Shown piece after piece: positions 1 through 7,943 of a DNA stretch of 19,520 bases. The stretch comes from a bacterium (GTDB lineage Bacteria > Zhuqueibacterota > Zhuqueibacteria > Oceanimicrobiales > Oceanimicrobiaceae). The notes beneath the pieces are model-generated. The model was not told where the DNA came from. It did no database searches and was given only the letters and a program-made list of their open reading frames with translations. Each line of letters starts with the position of its first letter. The stretch's first letter is position 1. The stretch lies in assembly GCA_046757165.1 (NCBI GenBank), contig JBHHXT010000083.1:1-19520 (forward strand), written 5' to 3'. Made by a program: the position numbers and the translations under genes.

Positions 1-8
1 TTAAAACC

Positions 9-129
9 GATCCGACACAGTTTGCAACTGTGTCTCTTCAATCTGATGTAACATTATGATTTTGATACACAGTCAGAGACTGTGGAAGATCTTCAACCGG
101 ACACTACTGGTTACAAACGGTGTCGGATC
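9..129. repeat. Cluster of three GATC-led REP-like hairpins
   Basis: 9-34 is GATC-cga-CACAGTT-tgc-AACTGTG-tc. 68-91 on the minus strand is GATC-ttc-CACAGTC-tct-GACTGTG. A degenerate minus-strand copy ends at 129, and 9-28 matches the reverse complement of 110-129 at 18/20. Confidence 0.7.
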
Positions 130-160
130 CCTGCTAACCCGTCATGATTCTCCTGAATAG

Positions 161-1948
161 ATGACCCGCAAAAAAGTCACCGCTTTGATTCTGGCCCGGA
201 TGACCTCTTCCCGTCTTCCGGGCAAAGGGTTGATGGACCTGGCCGGCCACCCCCTGCTCTGGCACATCGTCCAGCGTCTCGGGCGTGTGCCGAGTTTGAC
301 TGAGATGGCCCTGGCGACCACGGCTCAGCCCGAAGACCAGCCGCTGGCCGATTTCGCCCGGATGGTGAACATCGAAGCATTTACGTACGCGGGTGAGGTC
401 GATGACGTGATCGGCCGAATTGTGGCGGCGGCGGACTTCTTTGCAAGCGATGTTGTCGTCACCATCTCCGGCGATTGCCCGCTGGTCGATCCGGCGTTCA
501 TCGAATTGGTGATTCGCACGCTCATCGCTTCCCGGAAAGAGACCGTGGTCGTCGACCAGAGGAAAGTCAAGTGCATGCACGAAGGCATTTCCGTCATGAC
601 TCGTACGGCGTGGCACAAACTGGAGGCCGTTTCCAATGAGCCCTACCAGCGTGAGCATGCCGGCATTTATCTCAAAGAACATCCGGAGTTTCTGCAATGT
701 GCTGAGGTTGTGCCGGAGAAACTTTTCCAGCGCAACACCCCCCGTATTTCAGTTGATAATCTGGCGGATTTGCGCTTCATGCGCACGATTTATGAAAGGT
801 TGTACCGGCCCGGCGAGATCGTGGATCTGAAAGAGGTGGTCCAGTTGCTGGACCAGGAGCCGGAGATCCGGAAAATCAACGCGCACGTGGCTCAAAAGCA
901 CATCTTGCAACGGAGCCGACGCGTGGCGTTTCTGTGCGAAGCCGGCGCGGCCATCGGCATGGGCCACCTGCGCCGGTGTCTGGCGCTCGCCACCGAACTG
1001 CACGAACGCCACCACTGCGGTGTGCTTCTGGTGACAAATCATCATCAAAAAACAATCCGATGGCTGACCTCACGTGGGTTCAACTGCCAGACCATCAAGG
1101 GCAATCTCTTTGAAAAAATCAATCGGAACAAACTGGTCTCGATTCTCACCACATTCAAAGCTGAGGCACTGGTCATCGACCTGAAGCGGGAAATTCCAGA
1201 CCAGGTCATTCAATCGCTGCAAGAAAACGGAATCGCAACGGTGGTTCTCGACAACCTTTCAGCCGGGAGCAAGTTTGCAGATCTGGTGGTGCTGCCGGTT
1301 GCTCATGTGACTAACGAAGCCCCACTTGTGGCATGCCGGGGCAAAGTGCTGCATGGCGCCCCTTACGTGCTCCTGAATCATGAATTTCTGAACGTACCCG
1401 CGGCCCGGGCTGAGCCAGATTCTCGGCTCCCGCAGGTGCTGGTCTCCATGGGGGGCAGCGACCCGAACAAATTGACGGAGCGCGTCGTGGAGGCCCTGGC
1501 AGGGTTGGAGTTCGAGCTCGCGGCCACAGTCGTGCTCGGGCCCTACTACGATGAGGGGCGTCCCTTCGACCACTATCAAAACCTGCGCGTTCTGAAAGAT
1601 GTTGCCAACATGGCTGAGCTGCTGTCGAATGCCAACCTGGCGATCTTAGCCTTTGGCGTCACGCTTTATGAGGCGGTGTATCTCGGAATCCCGTCACTCG
1701 TGATCGCGCACTCGCAGCATGACGCCGAGTGCACGGCCTCCCTGGCAACGATGGGACTGTGCGCCAGCCTGGGATTCTGGCGCGAGGTGACGGTACAACG
1801 AATTCAGAATGAGGTCTCCGCTTTGCTGAACAAAGCGGAGCTGCGCACTACCATGAGCCGAACCGCACGCACATCGATTGACGGACACGGCGTGAGTCGT
1901 GTGGCGAAGGAGGTCATGCTGACCCTCGCAGGCCCTGGGAGGGGTTAG
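161..1948 (+). CDS. Fusion of SpsF-like (CTP_transf_3/KdsB-NeuA family) cytidylyltransferase and PseG/SpsG-like GT-B NDP-sugar hydrolase
   Basis: 595-aa ORF. N-terminal motifs ILARMTSSRLPGK, GDCPLVDP, REH and RISVD are SpsF-like. C-terminal motifs GMGHLRRCLALA, MGGSD, G-x-TLYE and IDGHG are PseG/SpsG-like. Confidence 0.85.
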   Translation: MTRKKVTALILARMTSSRLPGKGLMDLAGHPLLWHIVQRLGRVPSLTEMALATTAQPEDQPLADFARMVNIEAFTYAGEVDDVIGRIVAAADFFASDVVVTISGDCPLVDPAFIELVIRTLIASRKETVVVDQRKVKCMHEGISVMTRTAWHKLEAVSNEPYQREHAGIYLKEHPEFLQCAEVVPEKLFQRNTPRISVDNLADLRFMRTIYERLYRPGEIVDLKEVVQLLDQEPEIRKINAHVAQKHILQRSRRVAFLCEAGAAIGMGHLRRCLALATELHERHHCGVLLVTNHHQKTIRWLTSRGFNCQTIKGNLFEKINRNKLVSILTTFKAEALVIDLKREIPDQVIQSLQENGIATVVLDNLSAGSKFADLVVLPVAHVTNEAPLVACRGKVLHGAPYVLLNHEFLNVPAARAEPDSRLPQVLVSMGGSDPNKLTERVVEALAGLEFELAATVVLGPYYDEGRPFDHYQNLRVLKDVANMAELLSNANLAILAFGVTLYEAVYLGIPSLVIAHSQHDAECTASLATMGLCASLGFWREVTVQRIQNEVSALLNKAELRTTMSRTARTSIDGHGVSRVAKEVMLTLAGPGRG

Positions 1949-1956
1949 GGGTGGGT
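1934..1956 (-). repeat. ACCCACCCCTAACCCCTCCCAGG repeat, minus-strand copy overlapping the stop codon of the preceding gene
   Basis: Exact 23/23 reverse complement of 12821-12843. Contains the TAG stop at 1946-1948. Confidence 0.8.
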
Positions 1957-1997
1957 CTTTTTCAGTATTTCCCCCAAATGCGTGTTGAGCACTCCTT

Positions 1998-2085
1998 GTA
2001 GCCGCCACCCCTTGTGGGTGGCTTTCCCCTCCCCGATGGGGGCTCATATTCATCGTCACATACGCCCCACAAGGGGCATGGCTAC
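1998..2085. repeat. GTAG-family REP doublet (REPIN-like)
   Basis: GTAGCCGCCACCCCTTGTGGGTGGC (1998-2022) faces GCCCCACAAGGGGCATGGCTAC (2064-2085). An inverted sister copy lies at 12909-12985. Confidence 0.85.
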
Positions 2086-2183
2086 TGAGCAGTTCTCAAA
2101 TGTGTATTGATTCGCATCGCCTCAGATGTAAGATAGGTAGTTTTTTCAGGGTGCGGTCCTGTCCTAAAAGGCTGCGTGAATAC

Positions 2184-2246
2184 GTAAAGCGACATTTATT
2201 TCGGATAATCCTACCTCAAGGAGTCACGACATGAATGTCGTGTTAC
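2184..2246. repeat. GTAA-led REP-like doublet (CGACAT-nn-ATGTCG palindromes), intact copy
   Basis: Reads GTAAAGCGACATTTATTTCG...CCTCAAG...CACGACATGAATGTCGTGTTAC. Homologous to the split copy at 16944-16985 plus 17406-17437. Confidence 0.7.
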
Positions 2247-2291
2247 ACTGGCCTTCTTAGAAGCCTCTTAATGCCGATCAATTTGCTCCAA

Positions 2292-2317
2292 AACACGGTC
2301 ACAGACCGTGTTGGATC
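2292..2317 (-). repeat. GATC-led REP-like hairpin, fourth copy
   Basis: Reverse complement is GATCCAACACGGTCTGTGACCGTGTT, a perfect 9-bp stem with a 3-nt loop. Differs from 9-34 by three compensatory pair changes and one loop change. Confidence 0.7.
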
Positions 2318-2508
2318 GTCCGCCTGTGCGGCGGCGCCGTTCTGGCTGACTGCCGGGCCGCGCCGCCGGCGCGCAGTTCCCATCCTGGGAGCTCGCAGGC
2401 AGGGGGAGCGCTCGCACACAGAGCATGGGAGCGCCCAGAGCATGGCCGCAAGGCATGGCAGCGAGACTTTCGCCGATAAATAAGACATGGACCTGCACAC
2501 CTTCTTAT

Positions 2509-3639
2509 GTGAAAAATGCCGTGGTTAGCCCTTTTTACTTAGACTTTACCGAATCTGAAATTGCCGACATTCAGGCAAAAACCGGCGAGATTCTCCGCAG
2601 CGGCGATCTCATTCTCGGCAAATACACCGAACAATTTGAACAGGAGTTTGCCCGATACATCGGGGCAGACTATGCGGTCAGCTTGAACTCCGGCACTTCG
2701 GCCCTGCAGGTTCTCCTGACCCTGAAGGGCGCCCGGGGGCACAAAGTTGCCGTGCCGACGAATTCAAACTTTGCCTGCGTCGCGGCGATCTTGCACAGTG
2801 GCGCCACGCCCGTATACCTGGACATGAGCGCCGAGACGTTCATGCCAAATCTCGACATTTTGCAGGGCACGCTTGCCAGACATCCGGACCTGGCCGGCGT
2901 CATGTGGGTGCACATCGGTGGCATGATCGCGCCGGATTTTGAAGCGGTCGTCGCGTTCTGTCGGGAGAAGGGGCTGTTTCTCATCGAAGATTGTGCCCAT
3001 GCACACGGCAGCCAGCTCAACGCCACCAAAGCAGGAAACTTCGCCGATGGCGGCGCCTTTTCGTTCTTCCCAACCAAAGTCATGACCACCCTCGAGGGGG
3101 GAATGATTACGACCAACCGCAAAGAAGATGCCGCGCTCATCAAATCATACCGCAACCAGGGCAAGCGCGGAGGCAACTACGGCGGCTTGCACCAGGATCT
3201 GGGCAGCAGTTGGCGTCTCTCCGAAATCGAAGCTTACATCGGACTGGTGCAGTTGGCAAAGCTCGACACCCTGATCGCCCGCCGCAGAAAAGCCGTGGAC
3301 GCGCTCATTCCGGTATTGCAGGAAAGAAAGATCGATTTTTGTGATATTCGCCACATGGAACAGGCGAGCTTGTACAAATTCATCGTGCGATGCAAGAACA
3401 CCTGCTCGCTGGCGGAAATCAAAGAGAAATTCAGGCAACACGATGTCGCGCTTGGGGGCGGCGTCTATGAAGTGCCGTGCCATCTGCAACCGGTCTTCGA
3501 AGAGGTGCACTATGAACCGGAAGAGGTGAAAGTGGCGCACAAGTTTTGTCCACGACATATCTGCCCGCCGATTACTTCCGGAACCACGGAGGCGGACATG
3601 CAGAAGATCATTGCGGCTATCACTCGACATGTTTGTTGA
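2509..3639 (+). CDS. DegT/DnrJ/EryC1/StrS family PLP-dependent NDP-sugar aminotransferase
   Basis: Motifs NSGTSAL, IEDCAHAHG and FSFFPTKVMTTLEGG (PLP lysine). The ORF track starts at 2425, but that extension lies in repeat DNA, so GTG at 2509 (376 aa) is preferred. Confidence 0.9.
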   Translation: MKNAVVSPFYLDFTESEIADIQAKTGEILRSGDLILGKYTEQFEQEFARYIGADYAVSLNSGTSALQVLLTLKGARGHKVAVPTNSNFACVAAILHSGATPVYLDMSAETFMPNLDILQGTLARHPDLAGVMWVHIGGMIAPDFEAVVAFCREKGLFLIEDCAHAHGSQLNATKAGNFADGGAFSFFPTKVMTTLEGGMITTNRKEDAALIKSYRNQGKRGGNYGGLHQDLGSSWRLSEIEAYIGLVQLAKLDTLIARRRKAVDALIPVLQERKIDFCDIRHMEQASLYKFIVRCKNTCSLAEIKEKFRQHDVALGGGVYEVPCHLQPVFEEVHYEPEEVKVAHKFCPRHICPPITSGTTEADMQKIIAAITRHVC

Positions 3640-3646
3640 GACCTGT

Positions 3647-3687
3647 GTAGGGAACAGGCATGCCCGTTCGTCAGTGACGGGCATGCC
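3647..3687. repeat. GTAG-led palindromic element / 11-bp stem hairpin
   Basis: GTAGGGAACAGGCATGCCCGTTC is near-palindromic. GGCATGCCCGT (3657-3667) pairs perfectly with ACGGGCATGCC (3677-3687). Confidence 0.65.
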
Positions 3688-3718
3688 AAAACATGAACAT
3701 TGGGCCAAACCCTGAGCC

Positions 3719-5122
3719 ATGCGCAAATTCGACATCGTCATAGTTGGAGGGGGCATCGCCGGTCTGGCAACCGCTGAAATGTTCGCCCGTTCGGGCTACA
3801 AGACCTTGCTGCTCGAAAAGGGCAGCAACCTGTGCCATGAAGCAAGCGGCGTGCATCACGAGTGGTTCCATTTTGGCAGTCTCTACTCCATCTTTCCGAA
3901 CCGGCAATATTTGCGCACGCTCACGGGCGGCATCGATGACCTTCTGCAGTACTACCGCGACTTCGACGGTATGAATCTGCGCATCGATGGCGAGGGCAAA
4001 CTCATCAAGATTCCGGCGGAGACCGGCTGGTTCCGGGAGGACAATCTCGAGTATGTGATCGCAACCACAGACGCCCCGGACTTTTCCTTCTCGAATATTC
4101 AAAACGCACGGGACCTTGCGCGCAAAGTTTTTATGCGCATGGTGTGGAACCTGGCGGTCAAGCGATTCGTGTGTCGCCACAACCGATTCCATAAATACGA
4201 CTGGCGCCGAGGGTTCGCCTCGCACTACATCCCGAAGGCAGGCTGGCGGGACTACTCCGGCAGTTTCATCCACGAATTCGACAGCACCGAGACCGACCTC
4301 GACCCGGCGTGCCACATCGCCATGCGCAGCTACGACAGCCCGATGCATGCTTACCACATCGTCTCAGAGCTGACCCGGGGCTTTCTGTCGAATGGGGGCC
4401 GAATCGAAACCCACGCCCCGTTCCGGCGCTTCCGCTCCGGGACCCAGGGCGTGGAGGTCGTCACCGATAACGGAGCGCAGTTTCTGGCACAGAAATTGAT
4501 TCTCGCCTCCGGGGAGGCGCTGCAAAGACACTCCGGGGGCCGAATCAGAGTCAAGTCTGTGGTTTCGCCCCTCCTGGTGGCAGCGCCCGGCGTCTGCTCC
4601 AGAAACCTCGTCCGTTTGACCCCCTTCATGAACCAGACCATCAACCACATCCAGCATACTATCGACGGCTACGATTATTCACTGATCGGCGGTGGCTATT
4701 TCGCTCCCGTGGAAGATGAGAAAGCGATTGAGGCAGCGGGCAACAAACTTCTGCGCAACGCGAAATCCGTCTTCCCGGCGTTAGCTGAGGCGGAGCTGCT
4801 CAACCTCTATTTCGGCATCAAAAGTGAGATGATTTCTGCCGGCGCAAAGCGAAACTATCTGTACCGGGTAGAGCAGATCGAACAGGATGTCTATGGTATC
4901 GTGCCCGGCAAGTTCTCGCTCGCGTTCAGCCTGGCCTTCACCACGTTCAGGGACATCACCGGGCGATATCCCAGAACCTACACCAGCTACAACCGTCAGC
5001 TTGATGTGAATGACTATGTCGCGTTGACGAAGCATAAGGCGCTGGTCAAGGACTTTGTCAGTTTCAAATCTGTTACGACTTCAAAGTTGGAAGAGTCACA
5101 ACTTCTCGAAACACAGACCTAA
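3719..5122 (+). CDS. FAD-dependent oxidoreductase (DAO/L-2-hydroxyglutarate oxidase-like fold)
   Basis: 467-aa ORF. N-terminal FDIVIVGGGIAG...LLEK dinucleotide-binding motif, plus LILASG and C-terminal PGKFS. Substrate unknown. Confidence 0.8.
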   Translation: MRKFDIVIVGGGIAGLATAEMFARSGYKTLLLEKGSNLCHEASGVHHEWFHFGSLYSIFPNRQYLRTLTGGIDDLLQYYRDFDGMNLRIDGEGKLIKIPAETGWFREDNLEYVIATTDAPDFSFSNIQNARDLARKVFMRMVWNLAVKRFVCRHNRFHKYDWRRGFASHYIPKAGWRDYSGSFIHEFDSTETDLDPACHIAMRSYDSPMHAYHIVSELTRGFLSNGGRIETHAPFRRFRSGTQGVEVVTDNGAQFLAQKLILASGEALQRHSGGRIRVKSVVSPLLVAAPGVCSRNLVRLTPFMNQTINHIQHTIDGYDYSLIGGGYFAPVEDEKAIEAAGNKLLRNAKSVFPALAEAELLNLYFGIKSEMISAGAKRNYLYRVEQIEQDVYGIVPGKFSLAFSLAFTTFRDITGRYPRTYTSYNRQLDVNDYVALTKHKALVKDFVSFKSVTTSKLEESQLLETQT

Positions 5123-5123
5123 G

Positions 5124-5235
5124 CCGGACAAGCCGGAAATTCGAAATCCCAAACTCGAAATTCGAAAAAAGACTGAACCCCAAAAAAGTCTTGCCCCGAC
5201 AGTCATTTTGGGAATACAATTAGGACAGTCGGGGC
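5124..5235. repeat. CCGGACAAGCCGGAA motif, GAAATTC-type heptamer array and inverted repeat
   Basis: The 15-mer at 5124-5138 recurs exactly at 17107-17121. Heptamers gaaattc/gaaatcc/caaactc/gaaattc span 5136-5163. GCCCCGACAGTC (5193-5204) and GACAGTCGGGGC (5224-5235) are inverted at 11/12. Confidence 0.65.
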
Positions 5236-5328
5236 TTGCCGAAAAATGACAGAACTTGACTTGTCAGGGACTAAACATCTGCCGGTGATGCTTGTCATCG
5301 TGCTGATTTCTCAATGCAATAGACGACC

Positions 5329-6228
5329 ATGAATAAACCGCTGGTCAGTTTCTTCTTAGGGACCTTGAACCGCAAGGAAGTTATCAGAGAAACGTTGCAG
5401 AAGCTCTACGAGCAGACCTATCGCCCCATTGAAATTGTCGTTGTCGACAATCACTCCAGCGATGGCACAGCAGAAATGATAGAACAGGACTTTCCCGAGG
5501 TCAAATTGATCCGGCTCACCAGAAATCATGGCCATGTGGCCTCACGCAATATTGCCTGTGTCAACACCAGGGGCAAATACGTGGTGTGCCTCGACGACGA
5601 CGCCTTTCCAGGCAAAGACGCCATCACACGTATGGTGGAGGAGTTCCAAAAAGACGACATCCTCGGTTTGATCGTTTTTGATATTTACCTGCATGACCCA
5701 TACATCGGGTATTATGATACGGAAGACCACATTCCCCGGGAACAGCAGGTGGTTGAGAAGTACAACTGGTCGGGCTGTGGTGGCGCATACAGAAGAGAAA
5801 TCGTTGAAAAACTGGGCTTCTGGGAAGAATGGGGCATCGAGTCGCCCTGCGAGTCCTCTATCGGTGCCAAAGCCATGCTGATGGGGTATACCGGCAAACA
5901 GTTCAGTGATATCTACATCTTTCATCACTGGTCACAGGTGGGTGATCCGGCGACCTTCCGGGTTTACCATCTTGCCAACAAAATCGGCTGCCGCTCCTAC
6001 GTGCTGTTTATTATCAAGTACTTTCCGGCGGATGCCAGAATGCTGAAATCGCTTCTGGAAATCGCCTGGATCAGCATTTTCAACCTCCTCGAAACCGGCA
6101 GCTTCTCGTTGCTGCGCGGGTTCTTGTCCGCCTGGACGAAGGTTCCATACATTTTGAGAGAAAGGATGCCATTGACGTGGCAGCAGGCAAAGCGACTCTC
6201 GTTGTCATTTAATTTCAAGGGACATTGA
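5329..6228 (+). CDS. Glycosyltransferase family 2
   Basis: GT-A motifs PLVS...NR, EIVVVDNHSSDGT, RN...GKYVVCLDDDA (DxD) and GCGGAYRR. Confidence 0.92.
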   Translation: MNKPLVSFFLGTLNRKEVIRETLQKLYEQTYRPIEIVVVDNHSSDGTAEMIEQDFPEVKLIRLTRNHGHVASRNIACVNTRGKYVVCLDDDAFPGKDAITRMVEEFQKDDILGLIVFDIYLHDPYIGYYDTEDHIPREQQVVEKYNWSGCGGAYRREIVEKLGFWEEWGIESPCESSIGAKAMLMGYTGKQFSDIYIFHHWSQVGDPATFRVYHLANKIGCRSYVLFIIKYFPADARMLKSLLEIAWISIFNLLETGSFSLLRGFLSAWTKVPYILRERMPLTWQQAKRLSLSFNFKGH

Positions 6229-6755
6229 ACGTACTCATCATCCGCACCATTCAGCTCGAGCTGATGGTGCGGCTCATACGGGCGCTGCAAAAGCAAGATC
6301 CGGAGGTCAAGATAGCGGTCTTGACCAATCCACAGCAGGTAGACCGGGTCACCAGACTCCGTGAAGTTGACCAGGTATTTGTGACACGTGCGTTCAGGAA
6401 CTTCAGTCTGCTCAATATCGGGTTAAAGAACATTTTCTCTATCCGCAAGCAGGGGTTTGACCGCGTGATCATTCCCCATAAGCAACCGGGTCTGACAGGT
6501 TTTGGCAACGTTCTGATCCTCCTGCCGCTCCTCGGGATTGCCGAGTGGTGTCACTGCGGCACGGATTGGAAACTCTTGCCGGTCAGGAAGTCCAGTCCTG
6601 CTGTCTTGTTTCTAAGAGGCCTGGGCGCAGTGGTCCTGTTTGTTCCTCTTGCGCTCATTCCTCTCCTCGGATTCCTGTACGTTTGGTTGCGACAAGACAA
6701 AAGCCCGAGAGCCAGACAGGACAAAACGTGGTACGCCGGGTTTGGTGATCTCTGA
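6225..6755 (+). CDS. Hypothetical membrane-anchored protein resembling the N-terminal domain of GT9 glycosyltransferases
   Basis: TTG start overlaps the GT2 stop (TTGA) and the stop abuts the next ATG. MNVLIIRT...LIRALQKQDPEVKIAVL...VDQV...RKQGFDRVII resembles the GT9 N-lobe. A hydrophobic stretch lies near the C-terminus. Confidence 0.7.
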   Translation: MNVLIIRTIQLELMVRLIRALQKQDPEVKIAVLTNPQQVDRVTRLREVDQVFVTRAFRNFSLLNIGLKNIFSIRKQGFDRVIIPHKQPGLTGFGNVLILLPLLGIAEWCHCGTDWKLLPVRKSSPAVLFLRGLGAVVLFVPLALIPLLGFLYVWLRQDKSPRARQDKTWYAGFGDL

Positions 6756-7943
6756 ATGCAGCCCCTCGAAAAACGAAAAATCCTGCTTTGCCTTGGCGCC
6801 GGCGCGTCTCAGGCTCCTCTGATTCAGGCCGGAAAAAGGATGGGGTACCGGACACTGGGAATCGACCGAAATGCGGCCGGGCCGGGCATCCCGTATCTGG
6901 ATGAGTTTGTTCATCTCAGCACCTATGAGTCGGAACAGGTGGTGGCTGCGCTGCGACCCTTTCGAGAGCAGTATTCGTTCGCCGGCCTCGTGGCCCGGAC
7001 TTCCGGGCCGGCACTGAGAACCGCAGCAGCCATTGCCGAGACCTTCGACCTGGCCGGGCTCACCCATGAAATCGTTCCGCTTGCCACTGAAAAATCGACT
7101 TTGAGGAAATTCTGCCTCAAGAACAAGCTCCCGGTGGCAAATGGAACCAGGGTCAAGGATTACCGCGAATGCGAGCGCGACTTGACGTTGCCGGTGATTG
7201 TCAAGCCTGACCTGCCACTCGTGGGTAAAAAGGAAGTGCGAGTCATCTTTGATCCATCACAAATAGAGGAGGCGATAGCGAAGGCCCGTCAGGCCTCCGG
7301 AAACGGCTATGTAGAAATCGAAACATTCATCGACGGCTTTGATATCGGCTGCCTCTTCTGGGCCAACCAGGGCCAGGCTGAAATCCTGGCGCTCTGGGAT
7401 GAACGGGTTGCCGTGAGAACCGACGGCGCCATTAATGGATTGGGCGTGGTCGTTCCTTCGGTGGTTTCAAAAACCCCCGTCGCGGAACAAATCGAGCACG
7501 TTGCCAGACGATTCGCCGCACACTTTCCCCAGGTGAACGCCCTGCTGATCTTAGCGTTCAGAGTCGACATGGCAGGCCATCCCTATGTGATTGAATTGCA
7601 TGCAGATCTGGGTGGAGATTTGATCGCCGATGAATTATTTCCGGCAGCGGATTCCCGGTACGATTATTTCCAGTGCTGCATTCAGGTCGCAACCGGTGCG
7701 GCCCGGCACTTGACTCGTCCAGGATTCTCACCCACGGCGATCATCTATGACCATGCCACGTTAAGACAACGCCTCCGGCCTCATCCCTTTGTCATCCGGA
7801 GAGAACAAACTCCGCAGGCTCTGCATGAAGCGCTTCAGCATCTCTACGATGGCACGCTCTTCTCAGGCGGTGCCCCCACAAACCACCTGGCCTTTGCGCG
7901 GGAATATCGCGGACACCTGCAAGAATGGGTCTGCTGCAGATAA
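6756..7943 (+). CDS. ATP-grasp domain protein (1), divergent
   Basis: N-terminal LGAGASQ Rossmann-like domain, then EKSTLR, LPVIVKP, IETFIDG and PYVIELH. Confidence 0.8.
   Translation: MQPLEKRKILLCLGAGASQAPLIQAGKRMGYRTLGIDRNAAGPGIPYLDEFVHLSTYESEQVVAALRPFREQYSFAGLVARTSGPALRTAAAIAETFDLAGLTHEIVPLATEKSTLRKFCLKNKLPVANGTRVKDYRECERDLTLPVIVKPDLPLVGKKEVRVIFDPSQIEEAIAKARQASGNGYVEIETFIDGFDIGCLFWANQGQAEILALWDERVAVRTDGAINGLGVVVPSVVSKTPVAEQIEHVARRFAAHFPQVNALLILAFRVDMAGHPYVIELHADLGGDLIADELFPAADSRYDYFQCCIQVATGAARHLTRPGFSPTAIIYDHATLRQRLRPHPFVIRREQTPQALHEALQHLYDGTLFSGGAPTNHLAFAREYRGHLQEWVCCR

Noticed and set aside
2235..2500. Short ORFs in the first large intergenic gap, and the 2425 start extension of the aminotransferase
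   Set aside because: They run through palindromic repeats and give low-complexity Ala/Arg-rich translations.
3657..3687. Rho-independent terminator
   Set aside because: The stem has no plus-strand U-tract and is better explained as part of a GTAG-led repeat.
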